Assembly: GCA_037443035.1 (NCBI GenBank)
Contig: JBBIPC010000001.1
Location: 96,001 to 160,000, forward strand
Direction: 5' to 3'
DNA: 64,000 nucleotides
From: Chthonomonadales bacterium
Lineage (GTDB): Bacteria; Armatimonadota; Chthonomonadetes; Chthonomonadales; CAJBBX01
The notes under the pieces were generated by a model, which did no database searches, had not been told where the DNA came from, and saw only the letters and a list, made by a program, of their open reading frames with translations. Every line of letters begins with the position of its first letter. Position 1 is the stretch's first letter. A program made the position numbers and the translations under genes. Positions 47,590 through 57,342 of this stretch are shown one piece after another.

Positions 47590-50046
47590 TCATGCGGATT
47601 CTGCTGGTTCGGGTGCTCGGCGAGGAGCTCGGCCTGCACGTGCAGCATGTTCCTCTCGCGCTCGACGAACCATCGCTGTGAGCGCACCGGCAACGATGAA
47701 AGCGACGCCCAGCCAGACGAGATTGATCATCGGCTTGTTCGTTGCCGCGATCGGCACGACCCATGTTGCGGGAGCACCCGGAAGCTCGAACGCTACGGTC
47801 ACTTCTTTGGTGTCTGGCCGGATGCCACCTTGGAGGATGACGGCTCCGCCGATCTCCGGTATCTCGACGTTCGTTGGTGTCGGCTCACCATGGGCGAACG
47901 ACAACCCGGGGCGTATTCGCACCTTCCGGTGATCCGGCGTAATGAGCGTCATTTCCGCACCCATCTCGCCATTCATCATATCGCCGTGACCTGTACGATA
48001 GAATCGGTCGTACCGAACCTGATAGCCGGTGGGCGCCATCCCAGGCGTACCGATCGTTGACGTTTCCCCGGGCAGGAGGGTCGCACTCGGTCGAATCAGC
48101 TTAGGATCATCGGCAGCCGCGAGATAGATATCCCGATGAAGTTGCTTACGAATGTCGGGCCAAGTCATGGTAGCCCATTCGTTCTTGCTGGCGTTCCAGT
48201 ACTTGAACACAGCCACCCGTGCCGTGTAGCCTACGCCGGCGTCGTCCGAACCTGCCGGGCGCACGCGAAGCAACACAGCATGGTCGTGCCGCTTCCACTC
48301 GCGAAGCACCTGTTCCTCTGGCTTGCCATCATGGGTCCAACCAGCGAACTCGAGACTATAACCGAACTCTGTCTTCACAGGTCCGCGCCCTTCGACCACG
48401 GCGTAGCTCGCGGTCTTCTCGTACACGTTGGTCAGGACAGTACCGAGCAGCAGTAACCCGACACCCACATGCGCTAGCCAGCCCCCAGTGCTCAACTTCT
48501 GCTTTCGCAGCAGCTTCCAGACGAGCACGAGGTTGGCCAGACCAGCGAAGAGGCCGAGCGTGGAGATGGCGACTGTGACGGCCCGGGGCGTGTCGGCCAG
48601 ATGTCCGATGGCCGCCTCGTGAAGCACGAACCACAGAACGGCTCCTCCACCCGCGATGGCAGCGAGCCACGGCAGCATCATACGGCGCATCAAGCGCTCA
48701 GAGTCGGTTCTTCCCCATGCCAGGAACGGGACCGCACCGATCACGAACAGCGCAGGGACGATTAGCACCGTGCCGAGGCGATTGTAGAAAACTGGTTCTA
48801 CTCGTACGCCCTCAGCGGAAGCTGCGCCCTTGAGGACAGGTATTGCTCGCAGCCACCCCCATCGCGAAATCAGTGGCCAAGATGTACCAAGGCAGACAGC
48901 AGCCGCGCCTACGGAGAGCACTAGCACTGCAAACCACATCGCAGTATCGCGGGAGAGCAACGCATCCGATGTCTGGCGTCCCGGAATGTTCCGCCACCGC
49001 CAGACCAAGAGCACGACTGCAGCAACACCTTGGACAGCAATGAGCGCCACCAGCAGCCGCAGAGCACTGTTGTCCAACATACCAAAGGCATGAACGGAGA
49101 AGTTCGCCAGAACACCTGAACGGGTCAGGAAGGTCCCGTAGACGAACAACAGCCAGGAGAGAACAGCCAGGACGATGTTCGTACGCGCCATTGCCCCGCG
49201 CGTCCGCTGGACAACCAGACCGTGAGCCAGGGCCAAGGAACCGAGCCATGGAAACAGCGAAGCGTTCTCGACCGGATCCCATGCCCAGAAGCCATGCCAG
49301 CCCTGCGTCTCGTAAGCCCAGTACCCGCCCAAGAACAGACCCGCGCCCAGCGTGCCCACGCACCACAAGACGTAAGGGGCGACGCGTGATACCCATTCCA
49401 CATATGCGGACCGTATCAGTGCGGCCATGGCGTAAGCATAGGGAACTGCTAGCGATGCGAAGCCGATGAAGATCACAGGCGGATGGATGGCCATCCAGTA
49501 ATTCTGCAGACTCGGGTTCAGTCCATTCCCGTCGGTAGGCGGCCAGGGCGGAGGCCAGGGCATACCTGGAGGCAGCTCTGGCGGCGGAGGACCGGTCTCC
49601 TTCGGCACGAGTGCGAACGGACTCAACCCATGCATGATCGCGAACAGGACCGCCAGGTTGACGATGTAGATGGGCATGACAAGCGTTTCCCAGTCGCGAG
49701 CACGCCATGCCACGAGCAGCCCGATCACCGCGGTGAACAGGGCCCAAAGGGCAAAGCTCCCCTCCTGTCCAGCCCACGTTGCGGAGTACAGAAACGGTCC
49801 ATCCAGATCAGCCGAGACGTAATCGAACACGTACCGATAGGCGAATCGCTTGGCTGCGACCAAGAACATCAGGCGGAAGAACACGAAGACTGCTGACGCT
49901 GCAGCCACTGCGTAACTTGCGCGCGCCACAGCGCGCACACGGTCGCTGCCCCGAAGCGCGGCGAGATAGCACGCCACCGACACCACAGAGGCTAACAGAC
50001 CGACCATGACGGCCATACGGCCAGGTTCGGCCAGCAACGCGTTCAT
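47590..50046 (-). CDS. ccmF: cytochrome c biogenesis heme lyase CcmF
   Basis: WAGQEGS, GLNPSLQN..M.IHPP, WWD domain WHGFWAWDPVEN, SVHAF, LAHVG. Confidence 0.93.
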   Translation of the reverse strand: MNALLAEPGRMAVMVGLLASVVSVACYLAALRGSDRVRAVARASYAVAAASAVFVFFRLMFLVAAKRFAYRYVFDYVSADLDGPFLYSATWAGQEGSFALWALFTAVIGLLVAWRARDWETLVMPIYIVNLAVLFAIMHGLSPFALVPKETGPPPPELPPGMPWPPPWPPTDGNGLNPSLQNYWMAIHPPVIFIGFASLAVPYAYAMAALIRSAYVEWVSRVAPYVLWCVGTLGAGLFLGGYWAYETQGWHGFWAWDPVENASLFPWLGSLALAHGLVVQRTRGAMARTNIVLAVLSWLLFVYGTFLTRSGVLANFSVHAFGMLDNSALRLLVALIAVQGVAAVVLLVWRWRNIPGRQTSDALLSRDTAMWFAVLVLSVGAAAVCLGTSWPLISRWGWLRAIPVLKGAASAEGVRVEPVFYNRLGTVLIVPALFVIGAVPFLAWGRTDSERLMRRMMLPWLAAIAGGGAVLWFVLHEAAIGHLADTPRAVTVAISTLGLFAGLANLVLVWKLLRKQKLSTGGWLAHVGVGLLLLGTVLTNVYEKTASYAVVEGRGPVKTEFGYSLEFAGWTHDGKPEEQVLREWKRHDHAVLLRVRPAGSDDAGVGYTARVAVFKYWNASKNEWATMTWPDIRKQLHRDIYLAAADDPKLIRPSATLLPGETSTIGTPGMAPTGYQVRYDRFYRTGHGDMMNGEMGAEMTLITPDHRKVRIRPGLSFAHGEPTPTNVEIPEIGGAVILQGGIRPDTKEVTVAFELPGAPATWVVPIAATNKPMINLVWLGVAFIVAGALTAMVRRAREEHAARAGRAPRRAPEPAESA

Positions 50047-50071
50047 GTGCGGCGTTCCGTAGCGGGGATCA

Positions 50072-50491
50072 TCAGCAAGACAGGCGTCTGGCCGCGAAGG
50101 GCCATCGAGCGGCGTCTTTGCCTTGGTACTTGCTCGGGCACTTGACGAGAAGTGTACTGGCCTCGAACACACCGTCCTTGTATTGGCCGATAGCCTCCAC
50201 GCTCGTCGCGTTGTGGAAGTTCTCAGGCCGCGGCTTTCGATAAACGACCGTCATGTGCTGGGAGCCACCCTGCATGTCCACGATGACGAACCGCAGCTCT
50301 GGCTGCTTGTCGTGGATGCGGAAGGAGACGGTCTCCTTGAGGATCTGCCCGGGGACCTGCACTGTCTTGCCTGGCGAAGCCATGGCCTCCGCAATGGTCA
50401 CATGCTTGACGGTGGCCTGCGAGAAGCTAAGGAAGGTCGTGATCGCCGCCGCAACGAGCACGATGAATGCAATAATCGCGCCCGGTTTCAT
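50072..50491 (-). CDS. ccmE: heme chaperone CcmE, CxxxY type
   Basis: TM anchor, OB fold, LLVKCPSKY. Confidence 0.9.
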   Translation of the reverse strand: MKPGAIIAFIVLVAAAITTFLSFSQATVKHVTIAEAMASPGKTVQVPGQILKETVSFRIHDKQPELRFVIVDMQGGSQHMTVVYRKPRPENFHNATSVEAIGQYKDGVFEASTLLVKCPSKYQGKDAARWPFAARRLSC

Positions 50492-50613
50492 TCCTCATCC
50501 TCGCCTATGCCGACCTCGATGGCTGCAAGCTTGCGCTCCAGCATGAGGATGTAGGTGAACACGCCTGCCCAGACAATGATGGGAACCAAGAGGACCCACA
50601 TCGCGCCTGTCAT
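50488..50613 (-). CDS. ccmD: CcmD small membrane protein (not in ORF track)
   Basis: 41 aa MTGAMWVLLVPIIVWAGVFTYILMLERKLAAIEVGIGEDEE between ccmC and ccmE; SD AGGAG; ATGA overlap with ccmE. Confidence 0.8.
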   Translation of the reverse strand: MTGAMWVLLVPIIVWAGVFTYILMLERKLAAIEVGIGEDEE

Positions 50614-50630
50614 CTATCTGTCTCCTGTTA

Positions 50631-51323
50631 TTACCGTTGGTTTATGGTCCGGTCTTCCAGAGCCGCTATACGCATGCGAAGCTGCATGAGCCACGCGAAC
50701 AGCCCCAGAAAACCGGGCAAGGCGAAAGCATACAGAACGAGCCGATACTGGGGGTCCAAGCCGCCCCCAATGACTGCTTGGTTCGCACCCCCATGGAGCG
50801 TGTTCACGATGCGTGGCAACACCCAAATCAGGAAGAGCCCTGGCACCACCGCGACTAGCGCATAGGCGGAGCTCAAACGCGCCCGCGTCTGTGGCTCGGT
50901 CAACGCGCTCCTAAGTACCAGATACGCGGCGAACAGCAGCATGATTACCAGAATGGATGTTTGTCGCGGATCCCAGCTCCAGAACGCGCCCCATTGCAGT
51001 CTGGAGAAGATGCTCCCAGTGATGGTGGTCAGCGCCGAGAACACTAGACCCAGCTCCATCGCAGCATTGCAGCCATCGTCCGCACGGCGCCACTGCTGAC
51101 GGGAACCTCGACCGACGCTACGCAGAATCCTTACGGCGTACCAGGCGGCCACGAGATACGCGAGACACGCGATCCACGCGCAGGGGACGTGGAGGATGAT
51201 GATCCGAGCGCCGTCCGGATAGAGGAACCCCTCTGCCGGGCGTACGTACACCATAGCCCCCCATGTGGCCAGTGCCAGCAAGATGCCCGTCGTCGCTCTG
51301 TGGGTCCAGCGTAACAGTCTCAT
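50631..51323 (-). CDS. ccmC: heme exporter CcmC
   Basis: ILHVPCAW, WGAFWSWDPR, TLH. Confidence 0.92.
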   Translation of the reverse strand: MRLLRWTHRATTGILLALATWGAMVYVRPAEGFLYPDGARIIILHVPCAWIACLAYLVAAWYAVRILRSVGRGSRQQWRRADDGCNAAMELGLVFSALTTITGSIFSRLQWGAFWSWDPRQTSILVIMLLFAAYLVLRSALTEPQTRARLSSAYALVAVVPGLFLIWVLPRIVNTLHGGANQAVIGGGLDPQYRLVLYAFALPGFLGLFAWLMQLRMRIAALEDRTINQR

Positions 51324-51325
51324 GC

Positions 51326-52006
51326 TCAGTTCGTCTCCCAGATCGCCGGAAAAACAAGGACCGACGCAGCCACCATCATGGCGGCGTAGCCCACCAATCC
51401 ACCTACGTCACGCATCCAGGACCAGTCGTCGGCGTCAGCGCCCACGGCACGCCTCGTGGCAACGACGGCCATCATCAGAAGTGGCAGGACCACAGGGAAA
51501 CCAAGTGCTCCAAACAGTGCCCCACGCGCCCGTGCCTTCGCTACAATAGCCCCAACGATGGTGGCAGCAGATGCCAGCGCCACGCTGCCGAATACCACCA
51601 CTCCGACGAACTGGCCGGCCCGAGGCACAGGCAGCCCTGTTATCAATAGAAACAATGGGACGGCCACAAGACCCACGACGCCCAGCAGCGCAAGGTTGTA
51701 GAGCAGCTTCCCGACGTACACTCCCTCTGCGCTGGCAGCCATGAGCAGTGCTGAAGCCGTGCCTCCTTCCTCCTCCTCGACAAAGACGTGTGCGAGGCCA
51801 GAGAAGGCAGCGAAGAAGAGCACGATCCAGAGAAGTGGGACGGCCACGTCGGATGTCAACGCAAGACCTGCCAGTGCGAACCCCACGACCACCAGCGATG
51901 TCACGGCGAAGAGCAGCACGGATGTGACGGAGGTGCGCTCACGAAACTCTATACGCATGTCTTTGGCGCAGATCGCCAACGCCTGGCGCCACCATGCCTG
52001 GCTCAC
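51326..52006 (-). CDS. ccmB: heme exporter permease CcmB
   Basis: KDMRIEFR, FVEEEEGGT, LGFPVVLP; about 6 TM. Confidence 0.9.
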   Translation of the reverse strand: MSQAWWRQALAICAKDMRIEFRERTSVTSVLLFAVTSLVVVGFALAGLALTSDVAVPLLWIVLFFAAFSGLAHVFVEEEEGGTASALLMAASAEGVYVGKLLYNLALLGVVGLVAVPLFLLITGLPVPRAGQFVGVVVFGSVALASAATIVGAIVAKARARGALFGALGFPVVLPLLMMAVVATRRAVGADADDWSWMRDVGGLVGYAAMMVAASVLVFPAIWETN

Positions 52007-52674
52007 TGGCTCGCCGTACTCCCGAGATGAATCAGGGCATCCGCCATATCGAGTTCGCGGTCGTCGTTGCCGGCAACCACTGTCACACCGGCGTCCCGAT
52101 GCATCTCGACCAGACGACGAACAGCTTCGATGGCAGCCAGATCCAGGTTTCCGAACGGTTCATCCAGCAGGAGAATTCTGGGACGGTGGATCGTAGCGCA
52201 GACGTACCGGAGCCGCTGCCTCATTCCGGACGAATAGGAGCGGACGGGATCGCGCAGACGTCGGCCGAGGCCAAACACAGCCAGCGCTTCGCGGATCTCC
52301 TCGCTGGTGAGGACAATACCGCGTAACGCCGCGTAGAGCTCGACGTGCTCAGCGCCGGTCAGTGACGGGTACAAGCCCACCTCCGGAGCGACCCAGCCGA
52401 TCACTGCCCGTCTCTCATGCCGATCGAGCGTGCGACCTGAGACGGTTACCCGTGCTTCGCCGCTATCCGGCACGAGAATGCCAGCGAGGATGCGAAGCAG
52501 GGTGCTCTTTCCGGATCCATTGGGTCCCGAGACGCCAAGCACGGTGCCCTGCTCGATGGTGGCACTGACGTCGGTCAGTACGCGCCGCCGCCCGTACCGC
52601 TTGGAGACGTTCGACAGTGCAATGCACACGGGTTCGCAGGTACCGGGCGGCGTGCTGGCGTGCAGCGCGATCAT
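52003..52674 (-). CDS. ccmA: heme ABC exporter ATP-binding protein CcmA
   Basis: GPNGSGKST, YSSGMRQR, LLLDEPF; overlaps ccmB; start uncertain (52674 or 52686). Confidence 0.88.
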   Translation of the reverse strand: MIALHASTPPGTCEPVCIALSNVSKRYGRRRVLTDVSATIEQGTVLGVSGPNGSGKSTLLRILAGILVPDSGEARVTVSGRTLDRHERRAVIGWVAPEVGLYPSLTGAEHVELYAALRGIVLTSEEIREALAVFGLGRRLRDPVRSYSSGMRQRLRYVCATIHRPRILLLDEPFGNLDLAAIEAVRRLVEMHRDAGVTVVAGNDDRELDMADALIHLGSTASQ

Positions 52675-52684
52675 TGCGGCCGAC

Positions 52685-52713
52685 ATTATACCTGGGTTCT
52701 TAGCCCCGGTAAA
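52685..52713 (-). promoter_or_regulatory. sigma70-type promoter for the ccm operon
   Basis: TTTACC, 17 nt spacer, TATAAT on minus. Confidence 0.55.
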
Positions 52714-52780
52714 CAGTGCACATTGCTTCACGTAATATCTGCTCGCAGAGCAGCCGTCTCGGCCGTACCACGAACGGCGA

Positions 52781-53054
52781 TGCTGCATGCGAGGACTGCT
52801 GCGCTACGAGGTACCTGCGCTACGAACACGCCTGGGCGACTGAGGCAGCCGCTTTTCCTCAATATCTGAAGGGAATCCCCGGTAAGGGGTGAGGCGTCAC
52901 CGGCCGGTCTGACCGCACCTGAATTGCATGCCACACGCTCACTGAGGTCAACGTTCGTGCCCACGACAACCGGCGTGTTCTGGCGACATGTCGGCGTCAC
53001 CCAGCCCGGCGCAGACGCATCACGAGATCGAGGCCGCTGCGCAATGGCTGCATC
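52781..53054. repeat. degenerate direct repeat, left copy (starts with a REP-like element)
   Basis: Colinear with 56879-57150: first 46 nt match at 37 positions; later shared blocks ccggtctgacc, gtcaccca.ccggc, atcgagg..gctg..ca..ggctgcatc. Confidence 0.7.
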
Positions 53055-53112
53055 GAGACAGCCCCGTCACATAGACACGTGGCGCGATCCTGCGTACGGC
53101 GGCCGTCGCAGC

Positions 53113-56100
53113 CTAAGGCCGCGAAGACAGGGTCCAGACCTGGGTCAGGGTCAATCTCTCCCTGGGTTGAAGTTGCCTTTCGGGCGTGAACAGCTCGAGG
53201 TTCACCCGGCCCTGTTCCCGAGACCAGTTGAGGAGACAACGGGCGACCTGTTCCCGAGCGAACGTGCAGCGGATGCGTCGGCCGGATTGCGGGTCCACGA
53301 TGGCCCATTCGCCTGCCGGCATATCCTCGCCATCGAGCCAAAGGTCCATTTCGGATTGGGCTTCGGTCAAGGAAATCGTCCGGAGCGAACCGTCGCTCCT
53401 CTTGATCTCGACAACGGTCCCAGGACCAAACGAGGCGGTGAAGGTGGGGTGGCCACGGAGACAGGCAGTCTTGGGAGCGCCGGAAGTGTTGGAGAGTTCG
53501 GAAGCGATGGTGAGCTGCGCCGAAGAGGGGTCCAACTCGATGCGGCGTGTCAACCGAAGGCCGTTGGGTAGCGTGGCTTCCAGAACTGCGTGGCGATCGC
53601 TGCGCTCGCGAACCGTGTAGAGCTCCTGCCAGCCTGGGGTGCGGTAGCCGGGTTCGCTGTACTCCTCGTAGCCGTGAACGAGGGGCTCCCAGCCGTCGGC
53701 GCTTCCCGCGACGGCGATGCAATCGCGCCCTTGTGCGTCGCGGAGCCGCCAGATCCGGCCTCCGAGGCCAGGAAGCACGTCTGCCCGAAGTCCTCCGCCC
53801 TCCAGGCGGAGGATTTCAAGTTCCTTGGGGCGCCTCGGCACCGACTTCAGCCAAGCATCCAGCGTGGCATCCGGTCCACCTTCGCGCACCATGGTGACAC
53901 CCTCGGCCCGCGCGATCCGCTCGAAGCGATCGGCCAGCGCAGCGATGTCCGAGCCGCCGTGTTGCCGCAGCTGCCCGTTCTCCTCACGATACGGGCCGCT
54001 CTGGTTCAAGACGATCTCGGCATAGAGGATGGGCAACCGGGCCACTTCTACACGGTGGAGCCGTACCGCGTCGTTCCGCACGTCCGCCTCGGCTTCGTCG
54101 AAAATCGCTCGCGCCCTCGATAGCATCTCGGCGGTCACGTAGCTCTTCGGGTGGGAGTAGATCATCACATGGTTGTTGGGATCCCGCTGGGTCTCTTCGT
54201 GGATGAGCCGGATGTACCGCTGGATATGCGGCGAGGCCGCGCCGTAGTAGGCGTCGCAGAACTCGCGGATGGCCTTGTCGGTGTCGTAGTTGGGGTCCCA
54301 GAGTGTCTTTGCGATGATGTAGTTGCGAAGTTCCTGGAGCTCCGAGCCCTTGGTGAAGTAGCAGGATTCCTCGTAGATGCCCTTCACGCCGTTGGCCAGG
54401 AAGAACTGGATGTTGGGCTTGAGGACGTAGAGGTTCGGGAAGGGGCATATGGAGTGAGCGTAGTTGATGACATAGTCCCAAATCCACAGCCGGTCGCATA
54501 TCTTGCTCCAACCCTTGATATCTTCCACGAAGCTCGCGTTATGGGGGTCCGTGGCGAGGGGGTGGATGAAGCAGCACTCGATGCTACACAGACAGATAAT
54601 GACATTCGGCCGCGGCTTGGTGAGCTTGGGCGGCTTGCGTGTGTATTGGTAGGCCAACGTCTCGATGGCGATGTTGGGGTGGTCCTTGGCGATGGCGTCG
54701 GCAACGGCGTTGACGAACCGCAGGAGCGGCCCAGCCTGGCTCCCCTCCTCCTCTGCAACCGCGGTACAGTTGGGGCATTCGCAGTAGTTGAACGTATCGT
54801 TCTGCGAGACCGAGAAGACCGTCATGCTGGGATTCTCGCGGATCCACTTGCGGACGCCCTCGATGCAGATCTTCAGCACATCGGGATTCGTCAAGCAAAG
54901 CTGCGCATAGCCTGACTGGCGCTTGCCGTTCACCAACGAGAAGTACTCCGGATGCTCGGCGAAGTAGCGCTCCGGCGGGCAGAGGGCCGCAAACGTATGC
55001 GCCAACGAATGCACGCCCACGTTGCCGCCCTGCTCGGGCGTTATGGCATGGTTGGCGCCGTTGAGCCGCAGGCGCGCCGCGAACTCTCCCGAACGCGCTA
55101 CGGGGTAGTCGCCGCCGCGGTATTCCAGCGGTGGGGCATAGCGGCGATCGATCTTGCTGACGGCGATGCGGCCACTCTTGGGCCAGGTGCGGCAGTCCGG
55201 GGTGAACAACCGGCAGCCCACGTAGTCCTCGAGGAACGTGTAGACGGCGTAGAGCACGCCGCGGCCGTTGCCTCCGAAAGCGATGGCGGGCCCGATAGTT
55301 CGGATCCGCAGCTCCTCCCGGCCGAGGCGGAGTTTCGGTTCCGCTGTCGCCTTGCACCGTCCGACGAAGAGCCCGGTCCGTCCGGCCAGGTCCCGTTCCG
55401 AAACGATGGGGATGGCGCTGCCGGTCACGAGCTCCAAATGGTGCTGCAGCTCCCGCGCCGCGTAGCGTTCGACAGCCACGGGCCGGTCGGGCAGTACGAT
55501 GGCATGGGTCTGCGGGGTCAGACGCTTCCCGCCGATGGTCAACACACACTGGCCCAACTGCGCCCTCTCGGAATCGAGCTGGGCTTCCTGTTGCCGAAGC
55601 CGGGCGATACCGCGCCGAAGAACCGCGGCGGCCTCGGATTGCTGTTCCGTGTTCGACATGGCACCCTCCAAGGTCCTGAGCCAAGATTGCACGCGACGAC
55701 GACGCTCGGCGATGGTGGATGGTCCCTCGTTCGCCGTGCTCGACCGCTCCAGCAAGAGTTCGACGGCGCGGACGCACCGGTCATAGCGGGGATTCATCCG
55801 GAGCGCACGGACGATGACGTTCGCACGCTGGAGATCGCTGAGACCGGCAGTCATCTGCATGAACCGGGCCACGCCCTCGTGATAGGTCGGACCGCCGTAG
55901 GCCACTGCCTCGGCAGCGTAGCGCGCGCGCTCGGCGGGGGCCTTGGCGGCCAAAGCGAGCACAGTGGCTACGTCGGCCCGAAGCAATCCATCGGCTCCGG
56001 GTAGCAACTTCTCGGCTTCGGCCAAACGGCCCTTGGCGACGAGCCACCGCGCGAGCAGCCTCGTCTCGGTTTCGTTACGAGCGGGGTTCCGCTGGATTTC

Positions 56101-56607
56101 AGCCATGACTTCCGACGGCTCCGCGATCTTCTCCACGACTACATCGTCCACCCATGCCTCGGAGTTCTCCGCGTCTATGTAGGCCAGGGGATGCACATAC
56201 ATCGTGGAGTAGGGCGAAACGAACGTTGTCTCCATGCGGGTCCATTCCGAGATGTTCCCCGTGATGGGCACGGCCGCCACGAACACCCATTCGTAGCTGT
56301 CCCATTCGTAGCAGTACGGCGCGTAGAAAGTGCCTTTCCGCACGTTCGCCTTCCCGTAGCACGTCACCCGGTACCGCGCGAACGGCTCCACCTCCAGCCT
56401 GCCGCCCAGCGCGTCCCAGTGTTTCTCTGCGTCCACCCGCAAGTGCCCCGCCTTCTGGCCCGACCGAGCCTGTGTGGCAACTCCCGTCGCTTCGAAACCC
56501 GGATCTGGATAGATGTTACGTTGGGCGAGCTTCGTTGCGGGATTCGCATAGGCGGCCGTCGCACCGAAGACCAGAGCCGCCGCGACGAACGAACGAACTT
56601 TCGACAC
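53113..56607 (-). CDS. secreted DUF4838-domain protein with N-terminal CBM-like and C-terminal mutarotase-like domains
   Basis: YAARELQHHLE.VTG, RGVLYAVYTFLE, HPEYFSLVNGKR, QLCLTNP, SQND..YCEC..C, LAYQYT, KTLWDP; GTG start with SD GGAGGT. Confidence 0.85.
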   Translation of the reverse strand: MSKVRSFVAAALVFGATAAYANPATKLAQRNIYPDPGFEATGVATQARSGQKAGHLRVDAEKHWDALGGRLEVEPFARYRVTCYGKANVRKGTFYAPYCYEWDSYEWVFVAAVPITGNISEWTRMETTFVSPYSTMYVHPLAYIDAENSEAWVDDVVVEKIAEPSEVMAEIQRNPARNETETRLLARWLVAKGRLAEAEKLLPGADGLLRADVATVLALAAKAPAERARYAAEAVAYGGPTYHEGVARFMQMTAGLSDLQRANVIVRALRMNPRYDRCVRAVELLLERSSTANEGPSTIAERRRRVQSWLRTLEGAMSNTEQQSEAAAVLRRGIARLRQQEAQLDSERAQLGQCVLTIGGKRLTPQTHAIVLPDRPVAVERYAARELQHHLELVTGSAIPIVSERDLAGRTGLFVGRCKATAEPKLRLGREELRIRTIGPAIAFGGNGRGVLYAVYTFLEDYVGCRLFTPDCRTWPKSGRIAVSKIDRRYAPPLEYRGGDYPVARSGEFAARLRLNGANHAITPEQGGNVGVHSLAHTFAALCPPERYFAEHPEYFSLVNGKRQSGYAQLCLTNPDVLKICIEGVRKWIRENPSMTVFSVSQNDTFNYCECPNCTAVAEEEGSQAGPLLRFVNAVADAIAKDHPNIAIETLAYQYTRKPPKLTKPRPNVIICLCSIECCFIHPLATDPHNASFVEDIKGWSKICDRLWIWDYVINYAHSICPFPNLYVLKPNIQFFLANGVKGIYEESCYFTKGSELQELRNYIIAKTLWDPNYDTDKAIREFCDAYYGAASPHIQRYIRLIHEETQRDPNNHVMIYSHPKSYVTAEMLSRARAIFDEAEADVRNDAVRLHRVEVARLPILYAEIVLNQSGPYREENGQLRQHGGSDIAALADRFERIARAEGVTMVREGGPDATLDAWLKSVPRRPKELEILRLEGGGLRADVLPGLGGRIWRLRDAQGRDCIAVAGSADGWEPLVHGYEEYSEPGYRTPGWQELYTVRERSDRHAVLEATLPNGLRLTRRIELDPSSAQLTIASELSNTSGAPKTACLRGHPTFTASFGPGTVVEIKRSDGSLRTISLTEAQSEMDLWLDGEDMPAGEWAIVDPQSGRRIRCTFAREQVARCLLNWSREQGRVNLELFTPERQLQPRERLTLTQVWTLSSRP

Positions 56608-56878
56608 CCTCGATACCTCCACTTCTGCTGATCCTGGCGCAATGCTTCGTACGGTTACGCTTAGATTCCTGCCAACGACCGACGGTCCGCTTTGGTCCCT
56701 GAGCCCTTGGACGGAGGTCGTGCGGTGTGGCAATCCGATCGGGGCGGGCACTCTCCGGGACGATCACACTGGAGAGGCGGGGCGGGGTCGGGATCTGGTG
56801 CTCCCACCTGTTTCGTCGTGGGGGCAATGGGGCCACCAGGATACTGCGCGTCTCGTTGCGTCGTGTAGGATCTGGTGG

Positions 56879-57150
56879 TGCTGCGGGCGAGGACGCCTGC
56901 GCTACGAGACACGTGTGCAACGAAGCGGTTGCGCGGCAGAGGAGGCCGCTTCACCCAGGGGTTCGAGAGAAGTTCCGTGATTGATCGGAGATCGCGGCCC
57001 GGTCTGACCACGCCGATGTGCCGTGCGACAGGCTCATTCATGCCTATCTGTCTACCGACCAAGCCCGGCAGGCTCTGATGGACACGTCCCTGTCACCCAA
57101 TCCGGCTGGCATGCGTAGAGGCATCGAGGAGGCTGTCCAGCGGCTGCATC
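56879..57150. repeat. degenerate direct repeat, right copy (starts with a GTAG-type REP-like hairpin)
   Basis: Minus strand GTAGCGCAGGCGTCCTCGCCCGC (GTAG plus imperfect palindrome); colinear with 52781-53054. Confidence 0.7.
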
Positions 57151-57272
57151 CCAACGTTTCGGCCATGCGAGGTGACGCTACCAGACGTTCCGGTCTGGTT
57201 CTTAGGTGAGGCAACACTGATTGCTGTGGACCCGGGTACGATGGACAGACCCACGCCAGACGCGTACGGCCA

Positions 57273-57301
57273 TTGACTCGCGTTGCCTCCTCTGGTATAC
57301 T
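57273..57301 (+). promoter_or_regulatory. sigma70 promoter for infC-rpmI-rplT
   Basis: TTGACT, 17 nt spacer, TATACT with extended TG. Confidence 0.8.
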
Positions 57302-57342
57302 CCCGCGCGTCATCTCACCCGAGAATAGAAGAGGGTCAACCC

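Noticed and set aside
54584..55777. Long alternative-frame ORFs (this one, 54952-56004, 31324-32382, 7710-8645, 47071-48060 and others)
   Set aside because: They overlap well-supported genes, have Arg/Pro-rich or antisense-shadow composition typical of high-GC DNA, and show no motifs
57018..57209. 63-aa ORF as a functional gene
   Set aside because: It lies within the degenerate repeat with an in-frame stop just upstream, and the other copy is broken; treated as a remnant
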